Origin: Trichoplax adhaerens
Taxonomy: Eukaryota; Animalia; Placozoa
DNA: 64,000 bases
Assembly (NCBI RefSeq): GCF_000150275.1
Contig: NW_002060955.1
Coordinates: 1,470,287 to 1,534,286 of the forward strand
Reading direction: 5' to 3'
Below the pieces are notes generated by a model, which worked only from the letters and a program-made list of their open reading frames with translations, was not told the DNA's origin and searched no databases. Below are positions 40,181 through 53,466 of the stretch, in pieces (the first letter of the stretch is position 1; every line of letters starts with the position of its first letter). A program made the position numbers and the translations under genes.

Positions 40181-42855
40181 TACTCGTAAACATTAATAAA
40201 TGTCAGTCATGATTTTTAATGTTTTATTTCTTGTTTAACTACAGCACGGAATTTTAAGTTACTTTATCTTTCTAATCCACCAAATAGTATATACTAGATA
40301 CTATTTTATTTTAAAGAAATAAATCCATTATTGATCCAAACATTGGTCATAGTACTTGTCTAAAGTTGTACTTGCTGATTTAAAACTTATAAATCATCAA
40401 CAAATCAACATATTGAACAACTTACTGCCTGCATATGTTTAGCGGTAACGCCTTATTAGATACTTCTACTCCTAACCTTTCTATTTTTTGCTTCTTAAAA
40501 TTAGCGATTACATATTTTCCTTGTTAATTGGCTTTAATACTGATAAATTAGTCAGTAAAATAAGTTACGATATACTCATACTGAACTCAGCTATGATATG
40601 CATGTTGCCGTTATCAGATATCCCGTTCAAGGGAACTCAATAAATTGTTTGCGATGATCGACAATTGGAAGATTCAGTTAACTAGATGGACACGGTACTT
40701 CTAATTTTTTCAGGTATATCGTTTCAGTCTTCTGTTAGAAGTACAGTATGCTGTTACAATGAACTTCATTGTTATTAGCGATTTCGGAATCTTCAAGTCC
40801 TTTAAGGCTATAACTTTTCGAAGGCTCAAATTTCAAATTCACGCCTCTAATGCAGAAACGACTTACTGCTAGCGGTATGCCATTACAGTGAACATATTAG
40901 GCATTATGACAGCCTGCAAAAATTATAGTAACGTTTACTAAGAATGAAATATTGACATAATGTATGGGAATATATTAATATGAAGGCCATAAGCATGGTA
41001 ATGGCGCTAGTATGGTAAGCTACCATAAAGTAGTTAATAAATATTGAAAAACAGTGACTACTCCTCGGACTCAAAAATCTTTGAAGGTTGTGACTTTAGA
41101 ATTGTAATCCGTGTTTATTGGTAAAGTCATCATATTAATAATGCTATCCATTTAAGGCTATAAAACATCATAATTCCTTACGAAAATCATAATAGTATTT
41201 CGTGGCACTTCAACTTAAAATATTTCAAATCTGATATCCATTTTTAAAAGTATAGAAAATATTTAATTACTCTTAGTCAATATTTTTACCTACTTATCGC
41301 GACGCTTTCATGGATAGTTGTACGAGTCTAGTGAAAGACTTTTCTGAAAAGTAAGAAAGCCAACAAAATTTTAGTAATTCCAACACTGAAAATAATTATG
41401 CTGTTATAGAAGCAGCTAGCTATCGTAGTCAATAACAAAATAATTAATATATTTCCTTTTATTATCAAGTAACCAGTTGATAAGAATAAGCATCATGAGT
41501 GCAATTCGTTAAATATCAACTGTGAACCGAAATAACAATAGATTTCTAATATGTCCATATATTTTAATGCAGTATCGTGCTTCACAGTATTCGTTCCATA
41601 GCAACCAACCTATTGACTATCAATAACGTCCTACACTTGCATTTTCGTATAACGTGTACTCGATTTCTCTAAACTACTTTTGCTACTGCAATGTTTGCCA
41701 CATCAATTACAGCTTCTTTCTTCAATCGTAGTTACTATACATGCAATTCGCATTTCAGAAGTAAGCAATTCTAAAAATTATGATATTTGAATATAATCAA
41801 TTTCAATTTACTAAAATTAAATCTGTTAGTGAGATTGTGTCTTCGATACCAATACATCACCAACCGTAGAAAATAAATACGTTATTGCATATCCAAATTT
41901 AATAAATTAAGAATTTGAAGGCTGAGCATACTAATATTTTAGAAATAGCTATATACTGTAAACTACTGGGTCTTATTACAATTACTAAAAAGTGATTAAA
42001 TAAGAACTATAGGTTGATGACTTTCTACCGAAATTCAACATTACAAATTTTTCAATTCTAAACATTTATGGCGAATTCAGCCAGTTAAAGTTAACTTCAT
42101 AGCAATAAATATTTTAATTTTACCGGTATCACTATGATGAGGCATGTATATGAACGTGACCGTATACGAAGTCGGTCACGTTGATAGATATAGTTTATCT
42201 GTAATTTTTGTCACTCGATAATGCATTACTAAGTCATTTATGTGTGTTAGGATGTAGTAGTAAATAATAAAAACAGACTCTAGATCTGGCTATATTCAAT
42301 CTATTAGTTATAGATAGAAGTTACCAACGAGTAACTGAAAAACAACTATATTATATTTTACCAACGAGTAACAAGATCTGCTCTTAACAACAACTTTTCG
42401 TAAAAACTGTCATGCTTAGCTAGTACAGCCTTAAATACTGTTTCTTTTATGTACTCATATTTAGTATAAGTTACTAAATCCAGATAATTTTTCATTACCT
42501 TCATTAATTGTCATTGCATCAGCAATAAACACCATAACGAGAATATAACAATGCGATTTAACTGCAGTCAATACTATATCAATAAGATAATAAAACAAAT
42601 TGTATTTATGGAATAGTTTTGTAGTTATTGACTCCAAAGTGAAGCCTATTTGACTATGCTGATTTATAAATTTTATTTTTATTGAATTGGAATATAACAA
42701 TAATATAGTTATGATTTAATCTTTCAGTTTATAGACAATGACTATTAAAATTGCATTTGCTTCTGATTTTCAATTATTAAGAAATTTAATATTATTAATT
42801 GCGTTTGAACGAAAAGGTTTAAATTACTGACGTACCTAATAAGCGAAAGGAGAAA

Positions 42856-43846
42856 ATGAACAATTCTAATGATTCTGGCCACGAAAACGACTATTTTACT
42901 GTTTTGCATAGTAAAGTATCCATTGCATCAATAGCCGTTTCATTTATTGGGTTAATTACAAATATATTAATAATATATTTGTTAACAACAGACAAATACT
43001 TCCATCAAACAACGTATTATTTAGTTAGTGTATCTGTTATATCTAATATTGTATCAACATCCGCGGCAATTGGCGGTTACATCAAATAGCAGGCCATGCT
43101 CTTAACTACCATAGAGGAACGTTAATGTGCAGATACTCAATCTTTATCATGTACACTTCTTATGGTATATCGATTATGACTCTCTGTTTGATTGGTGTAG
43201 ATCGTTATTTTGTGATCCTAAAACCATTCTCACATTTTTACCGTGCGAATAAGAGGGTAATAGTAATTACTTGTGAAGTTTCCATTTGGTTTGCTTCTAT
43301 TTCAGTAACAGCTCCAGTTTTATTCGGTGCAAGAGTTCATAAAGCCCATCCTATGATTTGCGACTTTCCAGCTTTTACACTATCAATTCGTACATATATA
43401 GTTGCTTTTGTTATCTTCCTGTACATTTTACCTTCATTTAGCATTATTGCCATTTATCTTCGAATTATTAATCATCAAAGAAATTATATACAACCTATAG
43501 ATGTATTAGTCAATCAAGCTTATCGATATCACTCGAAGAAAAAAAATATATAAAAATGTTGATAAGCATTTCATTATCCTATGTCTTCATTTCATGGCCG
43601 CTCTTTGCAATAATTCTAGGAATGGTTATAACTAAAAAATCTCATTTACAGATAGTCACTGGTAATTTCTCAGAATATTTGCTCACATTTTTTTCTGTCT
43701 TTGTCACTAGCAGTATCTCTATTATAAGCCCGTTTATATATCTTAAATTTGATAACGATATCAGGAATAGATCTACGCAACTCCTTAAAGGCATATGCAA
43801 TATTACAGATACAAGAAAATTAGCATTCTCCGTAAGAAGTTTTTAA
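42856..43846 (+). pseudogene. Class A GPCR with two 1-bp frameshifts (cluster member 5)
   Basis: ORFs 42856-43089, 43125-43553 and 43556-43846 are consecutive parts of one receptor (VDRYF, CDFP, HQRNY.QP, SWP, ISPFIY); shifts at ~43084 and in or near the A-run at ~43539-43555. Confidence 0.88.
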
Positions 43847-44169
43847 CTTATAAAATACAGCTTATGTCCTAAAATTGATTGAATCGCGATTCTGTTCAAA
43901 ATTTGTTTAAATAGGAATTCAAGCAATTGTTTTCAACTTTAGGAAATGCCTTCTTTCACAATTATCTAGAAATGATTGCAAGGTCTAGACATGATCGAAA
44001 AGGTCTAGACGTGAACTCTTGTCACAGCTGTAAGTTAGAGAATTGAATATCATTTAATCAAATATTTCCGTGTCTAATAATTTCGAAAATGTTTGGCCAT
44101 CTTACTATAGCAACTGATTTTAATCAAGTATTTCCGTGTCTAATCATTTCGAAGAAATTAAAAAAACAA

Positions 44170-44296
44170 TGTTACCGCATTTATACAAAATTCCGTCATT
44201 TTACAAAATCAGTAGACATTTTACAAATCACTAGGCATTTTACAAATTCACTAGGCATTTTGAAAAATGACGGATTTTTGAATAAACGCGGTAACA
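44170..44296. mobile_element. MITE (~127 bp) with ~33-bp TIRs and internal subrepeats
   Basis: TGTTACCGCATTTATACAAAATTCCGTCATTTT ... AAAATGACGGATTTTTGAATAAACGCGGTAACA; interior consists of cattttacaaa(t)tcactagg-type units. Confidence 0.85.
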
Positions 44297-46431
44297 GTAA
44301 ATTGTAGGATATCCTCATAGCTGTGGAATATTAGTTCACATACAATCATATAGCATATGCAGGTAGGTAACGATAGCTATCAATTAACAATACTTGATAT
44401 TGGCAATTATAATCATCAAACTTTAGCAGCCCTAATGGCATCCAATACCATTAATGTAGCTTTATTGAATATAGCAATTAAAATTTTCAAATAAGGAAAT
44501 ATTACCCAAAATTTATATTAAAGAATTTGCAGCAAACAACAATAATTTTAATGTTAACTTTGTTTTGTCATGGAATTGATCTACTGTAACTAGTACATTT
44601 GTTTTAGCTAATAATCCAATTAAAATTAAAACTTCTTACTAAGTAAATTTTTTATGAATATGGCGAGTACATTGACCCTTTCTCTTTTGAAATGGCGCTT
44701 TTCTTACTATTGTTTATAGTAAAGCAACAGCATTTGCAACGCTAAAGTGGCATTAAGAAATTCTAAATGAATAATGTAGTTTAACATTTAAAGGCTTGAG
44801 GAAAAGAATCAATCAATGAGATATTTTATTAAATAAGTATCTACAATTTACAAAAAATGAAAGAAGGTTATTAATAGGTGATTGTAGTAATCTTTAGCAA
44901 AATATCTTTTAAATAATTAGAATTATTAATCTTATACTCTGTTTATATTAACTTATTCAAAAAAGTATTACGAAATAAATGCCGATTTTAGCCTGATTTA
45001 TGTCATTAATTTCGATGTTTAGGAGAAATAAAATCTATTATAGTAACTCTATAACATTAACAATCATTGACGATTGCTATTATATTTGGCCAATGATCAC
45101 TATTACAGAACCAAATAATGTTACAGTTCTTTAGGTGAAGACATTTTATATAAGTGAGATAGTTTACCATTCCGTACCAATAGAAGTTAAATAGGAATAA
45201 GTATACGAGTATATTTGATCATTGCCTTTTCATAATGCTTCATGGAAATGGCAAGATGTGATACTTTCTTGTTTCATCTCAGAAGGACTGTATAAGCGGA
45301 TAGCTTGTTTAGATAGGTGTTATAAATCTAATCAAGGCGGTAGGAAATGGTATAATGCGATACTACTTATCAAATTATCAACTTGATTAAATACCTAGAA
45401 CTAACATTAGCAAGGGTACAGTCTGCTTAATACGTTATTATGAAAAGGTATGACACTTACTGATGATATCGGAACTCTCACAAAAATGATTGAAAAGAAG
45501 CAGTATTCCAAGTTTCAAAAATCTTTATTTCTATAGTAATGTATTCTATCGTACAGAAACTCCGTAACAATATGTTGCATTCAGAATGGCACTTATCTTA
45601 GTAAAGCATTAAATAAAAACGAATATTAAAATAGGTTTCCCAGTAGTTATAGCAATATGAATCTAACTAGTCAATAGAATTTAACGATAAATGAGTAGAG
45701 CTATCCTCAAAATTCTATTATAATCATTATTAAAGAAAGTCCTGCTACTGTTACGCACCTTAACCATGGTGCCTTCTTAAATTGCTAATTATGCTAGCTT
45801 AGGTAAAGAAGATGATGCTTTCGAGCCTTATTGTGTATTAATGCAATTCAATTTCTTTCCTGTTAACAGGAGATTAAAAGTATTTTTCAGTATTCAATCC
45901 ACTTATTTTAGCATTCAATTCCAGAGCTGTCTCTACTCTCTACTGGGTAAGAAATCTATTAATTACTACCATTACATAGTCATTATCATATTAGTTGACC
46001 TTTGAACTTTTTGTCCTTGATCTAGCTTATAACATCTACGAGCAATAAGGATTTGTTAGTGCTAATATATAGCATGCGCATTATAATAGTCCTTGTCATT
46101 CAATAAAGTTAGAGCTTACGTACAGTGTATGCTGATATATGACGTAAAGCATTCATCTATTATATCTAAAGAATCAATTTAGGAGGCCCTCAATTTGCGT
46201 TTGCGGCAATTTAATCTTTACTGGTTGGAACATACTTAAATAATATATTAATATATCGATAATTAGCTTTCTCTTTCACCCATTTCAATATAAAATATTT
46301 GAATAAGAGTACATCCTGAATAAAAATTATATGAAACATCAGTTACAAGTAATTTCTGTTGGAGAATCATATTATTCTTCCATTCGATATTCCGTAAATT
46401 TGTTAAGAACATTGTCGATTTTCAGATAGTT

Positions 46432-47436
46432 ATGAATATTTCCGTTGAAAATAATAGCTTGAAAGAATTTTATTCAAAAGTTTATACTTATGCTTCGTTA
46501 GCAGCTCTTCCATTGGCGGTGACAGGATTGATCGCTAATCTATTCTTATTCTATATTTTACTGACGGATAATTTTTTCCGTAAGGTTACGTATTACTTAA
46601 TTCTTGCATCTGTTATCTCAGATATTATCTCAACCATAGTTTCTATCATTGTTTATACTCATGTCGCTGGATTTACTCTCGATTACATCTTAGGATCAGT
46701 ACTGTGTAAAGGTGTTTTCTTTGTAGCTCAATCATCTTATGGGATCTCTATGATGAACTTATGTTTAATTGCAACTGATCGATATTTCGCAATTGTTAGA
46801 CCTTTGACAAGATTTTATCGCATTTACAAAAAACGTATTTTAATTAGCGCTGAGATTATGATATGGCTGCTATCGCTTACAGTAACATCTCCAAAGCTAA
46901 TATTTATGAAAGTTCAGCGAGAAAACACTATGATGTGTGAACATGATACCATAACTAATTGGATTGCCTCTTATCTAATTGCCTTTATTGTAATTATCTA
47001 TGTTATACCGTCATCAATAATTGCACTAATCTACTGGCAAATTGTAGTTCATCAAAAAAATTACACTCAGCCTGGTCAGTGTATCGGGAGTGGGAGCACT
47101 GAAGGAAAAATTCAAAAGCGAAAATTTATCAGATCACTAATAAGCATTAATCTATCATACATATTAACTACCTGGCCTTATTTTGCGACCTTATTCGGAT
47201 TTGCAATCACTCGAGATTCATTTATTGCAGTTAGAAACAGAAGTTTGGCCGAGTTTTTATTAGCATTCTTTTCATTCTCTACTACAACAAGTATAACAAT
47301 TCTGAATCCTTTTATTTATTTTAAATTCGATGCTAATGTCCGTAAGAGTGCAAAGAAAGTAATAAAACGCCTGAGCTTAGGATTGCAAGAAACCTCATCT
47401 ATAGTAATTCAGGTTGAAGAATTACCGAGATCGTAG
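46432..47436 (+). CDS. Class A (rhodopsin-like) orphan GPCR, intact, 334 aa (cluster member 6)
   Basis: Seven TMs; NIS/NNS sequons; GLIAN, SVISD, TDRYF, TWPY, ILNPFIYFKFD; likely 5'UTR intron (GT 45947 to AG 46425). Confidence 0.95.
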   Translation: MNISVENNSLKEFYSKVYTYASLAALPLAVTGLIANLFLFYILLTDNFFRKVTYYLILASVISDIISTIVSIIVYTHVAGFTLDYILGSVLCKGVFFVAQSSYGISMMNLCLIATDRYFAIVRPLTRFYRIYKKRILISAEIMIWLLSLTVTSPKLIFMKVQRENTMMCEHDTITNWIASYLIAFIVIIYVIPSSIIALIYWQIVVHQKNYTQPGQCIGSGSTEGKIQKRKFIRSLISINLSYILTTWPYFATLFGFAITRDSFIAVRNRSLAEFLLAFFSFSTTTSITILNPFIYFKFDANVRKSAKKVIKRLSLGLQETSSIVIQVEELPRS

Positions 47437-50400
47437 GGTAGCTGTAGCAAATTCAGATAGTAAATACTAATACTTCATTGCACAATAAAAAAATATTAGC
47501 TGGTATTTTTAGTCATGAGTGGTTTGCTATATTTCTAAAGAATTAGTTTACTGTGTTTCATATTTAATTTAACCTAAATGTGATATATATAGCATAACAA
47601 TCTTAAATTTGTAAAATTTCTGGATTAAAAGATATTCTCAATATCTGAAAAATTAGTTATATGTATTTCGTAATATTAATAAAATTCTTACCAGAGCGTA
47701 CGTGTACTACTTTATGTCTTTGCTGCGTATTATATGAGATTGCTGTTTCATTCTTCACTTATTATATCATTATTCTTATTCTTATTGAAAATTTTTTATT
47801 GCTAAAGAGCTTGTCTTTATCACAGTATCAGTTACGGTACTGAATAGAATATATCTTTCTTAACAGACTCTGAACGGCAAATTTACAAGTACTTTCCTCG
47901 AAAAACTTGAGAGATACTATCCATGCTTTATTTAAATATGCTTTAATGCTTTTTTCTTTCATCTATATTTGCTTTTGAGTCCATGTTGATATTGCAGACT
48001 TTTACTATATCGATATACAAGATTGCAATGATGGAATCATAAGATGCACTATTACGAAGATGTAAAAGATTACCATAAAGTATTTTTATAGATAATAGCA
48101 TAAACTTTGCCGGAAAATTACACTTGCAGGCATGTCTCATATAAATACGTTGTCAATAGCTGGAAAAGAATTCGATTTTGCTCTTTGTTAGCATAATTTT
48201 AATCAGCGATCGTAGATATGCGAAGAAAATATTATTTACTGGCTAATTATCAAGATGAAAAGAAATATTATGTATTTTCCAGTATCAGATTAAACATTAA
48301 AAATCAAATGCCTTACTGCTTGGCAAAACAACCCCGGTGATATTATTATACGTTTGCTAGATTTCACAGGTTCAGAGAAATTACTTTATAGAGAAAATGT
48401 AAGAATCACAGCCGACATATGGTGCTTATATTTGTAATAATAATTTTTGTCAAGATCGCAGCTAGAGTCATCGCTTTGAATTTCATTCGATATACGACTA
48501 GGGCACAATTTCGAATGCTGTAGAATACGAGAAAGACGTATTTTTTAAATTTGTAAGATATTTTTCAAATCAAAATTTGCAACGAGGACAAAGTTAAATT
48601 ATTATAAAAACTTCACATCATGACCACACAGTCAGGTTTGTCCCCCAAGATATTAACGTAAAGTCCACTCCATATACTGATGATCTCCTATCGTCATGAG
48701 GAATAGTGACGCAATGCTAGTCTCTCTAAGACATAACTGAACCTAAAATTTATTAAAAATCGTTTAATTTATAGTAAATCGATTTAAACATTAATTATAA
48801 TTATCAATTTATACATAATATTATGAAACTATACACTTATCTATTGAAAATATGTTTAACGTCATAGATAAATTAACGTAAATACATTCCCAGATAAATT
48901 ATCTAATAGTATCCATGTTACGACAGCTTAGCAAAATTCACTCCGTAACAGGGATAAAGGGAAATTCTTAAGTTTTGTATCAATTAATAATTATTTTACT
49001 AAAGTGGATCTTACATTAAATCATCAAATCACCAAGATGACAGGACCTTAATGTTTTGCTTTTAAAGAGTATTCTTTAGCTTCGTACAAAAAAATACATA
49101 AAAGCTACATAAATAAGTACTGCATTAAATATTAGCCTTTACTTTATTGTAGGGTAACAAAGACATCGAAGGTATATACTACATGTTCAGAATAAAAAGT
49201 ATTAAAAATATACTATTCAAGTCAATTTCAAGGGAATCGATAGGATTGCCATAAACTGCTCTTATTAGAAAAATCTAAATGCTTTTTAAATTAAAAAGAC
49301 TGGATAATAATAAAGTCGCAGGTACTTTAGACTATTTTAAGTCAAATCACTTTTGATTAAAGTTTACTTGTTAAGTTAACTTTTTTAATTAAAAATTCTA
49401 ATTAATGAACCGTAGTGATGCACTCTATATTAGATTGTAATCGATAGCTATATTTGATATAGCCTGGTTTATTAGAACAGAATTTATCGTGATGCTAGCA
49501 CTAATACTAAAAAATTTCTAATTACTATATTAGAAGTAGTCGCTACTAAGTTGCCATATAGCTAATCATGGTGGGAGAATTATATGTAACATGGATTGAG
49601 ATACTGTAGTTGTAAAAACCCCTAGTATCTAACAGTATTAGATATTAATATAAGAATATTTATATTTTGAGCAGACAGATTCTTACTGTAAATGTTTTTA
49701 TAGATCTATTGAGCGGAAGTCTTCTGCTTGATGACTCAGGTCCGATTGTAGATAATTATTTTGCCGTAAATAAATAAAGCATATTACACTTAGAATCGGC
49801 AGAGATGAGCTTGAAGGACTTGTCTTCACTTCTCATGATACTTTGGATCAGATTCTTGTTCTAATTAATTATTACTATTGCTTTACTATTCTTGAATTTT
49901 GCAATGTATGGCTTTTTCTAAATTTTATCTACATAAAATAATTATTTGTGAGAATTAGATTTAGATTTGATAGAATAATTAAGAGATAATTTTATTACAT
50001 GAACCTTATTATGTAGCTCAATAATAGAAGTAAATACGCTTTTCATGAAAACAATTGTAATATTATATTTTGCAATTCTAAGATTTGTGAATAATATGAT
50101 AAATCTGATTGGCTGAATTTTGGCATCGATATTAATTAAGTAATTTTACTTCAGTCTACTCTATCTTCTTTAGATCGCAACTTTTTATGAACATTTTTAC
50201 ATCATTTCAATTGGACTTAACTAGGTGCATTATCATCACTTCTACTATACGCTATTTTAGTTTTATACGGTTAAGTTTACTCAAGAGTACATATTTAATC
50301 GTATCTTTATTAAAGGATCGAAGTTATATTGTAAAATAATCATTTCAGGTTAACTATGGCCTTTGTGATCGGTGAGTTTATAATATAACCTAATTTTCCT

Positions 50401-51327
50401 AATTAACTTAACTCAAACATTGTAATTTTCAATTCTAGTGATAATCTTGAACGTTTAACGGTAATTGTACGCATTATATTCGTAATATGTTACTACAGAT
50501 AATTTCTACCCACTAAAGATGGGATAGTCATTCTAGATGTACGATAAAATGAACTATTGAAAGATACTTAAGCTTATTTATGAGATACAAATCAGCTTTC
50601 ATATTTCATTAGTGGCAGTAAGACTTATTAGTATACATTATATTGAATAAAGAACTACTATAAAGATTAGGATACTGTTCTAACATAACATAATAACTGA
50701 ACCGCTGCTTCAGAAAGTGTAATATAGCCATATATTTTAAGTATATTATTAAAATAATTTTTCTTCGTCAAGTGAAGTTTCTCCGTCACGATTTCCAAAG
50801 AGATATTTTGCATCCAAACATAAAACTGGTAAAAGCTTATCTGCAACTTTTTGGGTAGGGCACTAGCGCAAGCCTGAATTAATTGCATTTTTTAATATCT
50901 AAAATCTAATTACCACTGCTTAGGAGAAGGAAAATGGTGGAAATCTATTGAAGCTCTCAATAAATTTCTCAATCTTATTTTAATCCTAGAAATATTCAGA
51001 TTAATTATCAATTTAACAGAAAGTTATCCATTCTTCGCATGATACCTACATTTAGTCTTGTTCATTACTACATTTATCTCATTAACGGATACATTTTTTT
51101 AACTTATCTGTAATATTTCATCGCCGAATAAAGTAGAATCAGAGATTATGAGTTACTTTAACAATTACTTATGTCATCATAGTTACACATCGGTCGCTAT
51201 ACGTCAAGATTACAGGTATCACTAGTTTATGGGATATCATAAATCGAACTTAAAAGCGTAGCAAACTTACTGATACAAGTAATCATATCGTGCCTATGTT
51301 CAGTATTCAATCAGTCGACTTAAAAGT

Positions 51328-51600
51328 TGTATAACGGACTACTCTCTAGATAAAGGATAAAGTAAAGTATTCTGCTGTTCTAAGTTGCTACAGTCAACAT
51401 TCATTTTAGTTTCGGCCTAGAACTTCCCTTCTAGACTGTGGTCACTCAGTTAAAATTGACAACGTCGGACTATTATTACTTTAATTCGAGTAGTTTGAGC
51501 AACGCGATGCACTCGTAAAAGACAACAGAAATTAACTACTAACGAGCAATATTAGCAATCAATCAAAATTGCAATAGTTTAGTCGACCTAACTTATGTAG
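51328..51600 (-). repeat. Diverged LTR-like repeat, homolog of 30230-30500
   Basis: Reverse-complement similarity blocks; begins TGTATAAC at 51328. Confidence 0.7.
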
Positions 51601-52410
51601 GCAGAACTATATGGAAAAACACCATTCTTTGTTCAATTATAGATAAGAGAAATATAAGGAGTCTCGAATTCCGTTAATAGACTCCTCACGCAATTCATTA
51701 CAATTAAACATGCCAATCGGTGTAGCCGGTATGGAAAACATGTAAAGGACTCATTAGTGTAACATAATAGGAATGCCAGCTATTCGACTTACATTACAAG
51801 GCTAACAAAGGAACGCATAGAATAAAAATCTTATACTACTATAAGACTGCAACTGAGTCGTGCACGAAAGAATAAAATCATATCGAATCAACAATTAGTA
51901 TGGAAATCTACCAAAACACAAATACTTAATTTATACCGTATCATTAATGGTGTATTTGTAAAGTGATAATTTACTACTCCTATTTTCAAGATATCAACTT
52001 GCTACAATGTCGAGGAAGTATATTTGCTACAGCCAAATTATTGAAAACTACCTATATTGTAAGCAAATACAGATTGAATGAAGTGACGATATCTATAGTT
52101 CTTAGTCAATATAACCAAGTCTAAATCATATACAAGTTTCAGTAAGTGTGTAAAGCTATAAATTTGGTTTCAGTATAGTTACAGTAACATATATGAATCA
52201 ATAAATATCAAATAGGAATTTGCAATTTACAGTAGAGTTTATAGCTCGGCATTTCCTTTTAAATTATTAATAAGAATTAGAAGTTAGTACAGCATAATTA
52301 TATATGCATTTCATATCTTTCTTAGGTGAACCAGCTAACACTTCTGCGTTGAAGGAAGAGAATTAAATATTCTAGCTTAAAAAAAGCAATCGAAAGCTAT
52401 AAAAAAGCAA

Positions 52411-53466
52411 GTTAATACTTCCGATCATAATAATAGCCTTCAAGAATTTTACTCAACAATCTATGTCTACTCATCCGCTGCTGCTACTTGCTTGGGAATT
52501 ATCGGATTGTCAGCTAATTTATTTTTATTATATTTATTGGTTACCGATAAATTCTTTCATAAGACTTCTTATTACTTGATTATGATTTCTTCAACTTCCG
52601 ATAGTATTTCCACTATAACTTCCATACTTGGCTTCGCTCATATTGCAAGCTATACAAAAGATTACCATCTAGCAGTTACACTTTGCAGAAGCGTTTTTTT
52701 TACCACGTTAACATCCTATGGAATATCCATGATGAATTTATGTTTAATTGGTATTGAACGTTATTTTGCTATAGTTAAACCCTTTGTGCAGTTTTATCGA
52801 AATTATAAGATTCGAATTATAACAGCTGTTGAGATATTAATCTGGACTAGTTCGATAATATTCACCATTCCTACTCTAGTGGTAACGCAAATCCACCAAG
52901 AAGATACGTTTATGTGTGAACAAGGCGAAGTTACACCATTTCTGTCAGTTTATTTTATCGTATTTACCTTAATTATGTATGTTATCCCATGCAGCGTAAT
53001 TATCATTACATACGGTCTCATTATAAACTATCAAAAGAATTATGTGCGACCTGGATATTCGGTAAACTACAGTATAAGAAACGTAAAAAATAGAAAATTC
53101 GTTAAAATGTTAAAAAGTATAGCACTGTCTTATGTATTTACTACATGGCCATATTTTGCAACATTAGTTGGCTTTGCCTTTACAAGAGAAGAATTATTGG
53201 AATTAAGAAATCGAAGTGTATTCCAATTTTTGCTGGCTTTCTTTTCATACTCGGTGACAACAAGTATTACCATTGTCAGTCCTTTTATTTACTTTAAGTT
53301 TGATGTGAATATTCGAAAAAGATCAGCAATTATTTGGCAACGCGTCGGTTTTACGGGTAAAAACAAGAATTCGGCAATAATTCACCTCCATATTAAAAGT
53401 ACTTCTAAACCGTCAATCTCATCACCAATAATTGTAAGCAATCATAGATTACCCAAATCGGTATAA
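52411..53466 (+). CDS. Class A orphan GPCR with an open 7TM frame but no in-frame ATG before TM2 (cluster member 7)
   Basis: Frame open 52381-53466; VNTSDHNNSLQEFYS aligns to MNISVENNSLKEFYS of 46432, with GTT at the Met position; IERYF, TWPY, VSPFIYFKFD. Confidence 0.82.
   Translation, partial: VNTSDHNNSLQEFYSTIYVYSSAAATCLGIIGLSANLFLLYLLVTDKFFHKTSYYLIMISSTSDSISTITSILGFAHIASYTKDYHLAVTLCRSVFFTTLTSYGISMMNLCLIGIERYFAIVKPFVQFYRNYKIRIITAVEILIWTSSIIFTIPTLVVTQIHQEDTFMCEQGEVTPFLSVYFIVFTLIMYVIPCSVIIITYGLIINYQKNYVRPGYSVNYSIRNVKNRKFVKMLKSIALSYVFTTWPYFATLVGFAFTREELLELRNRSVFQFLLAFFSYSVTTSITIVSPFIYFKFDVNIRKRSAIIWQRVGFTGKNKNSAIIHLHIKSTSKPSISSPIIVSNHRLPKSV

Noticed and set aside
42321-42372. 15-bp direct repeat TTACCAACGAGTAAC around 22 bp
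   Set aside because: Consistent with a local duplication or repair scar; nothing further supports a function.
43539-43555. Programmed frameshifting at the A-run in the GPCR
   Set aside because: The gene has a second independent frameshift and no stimulatory structure; mutation or homopolymer error is simpler.
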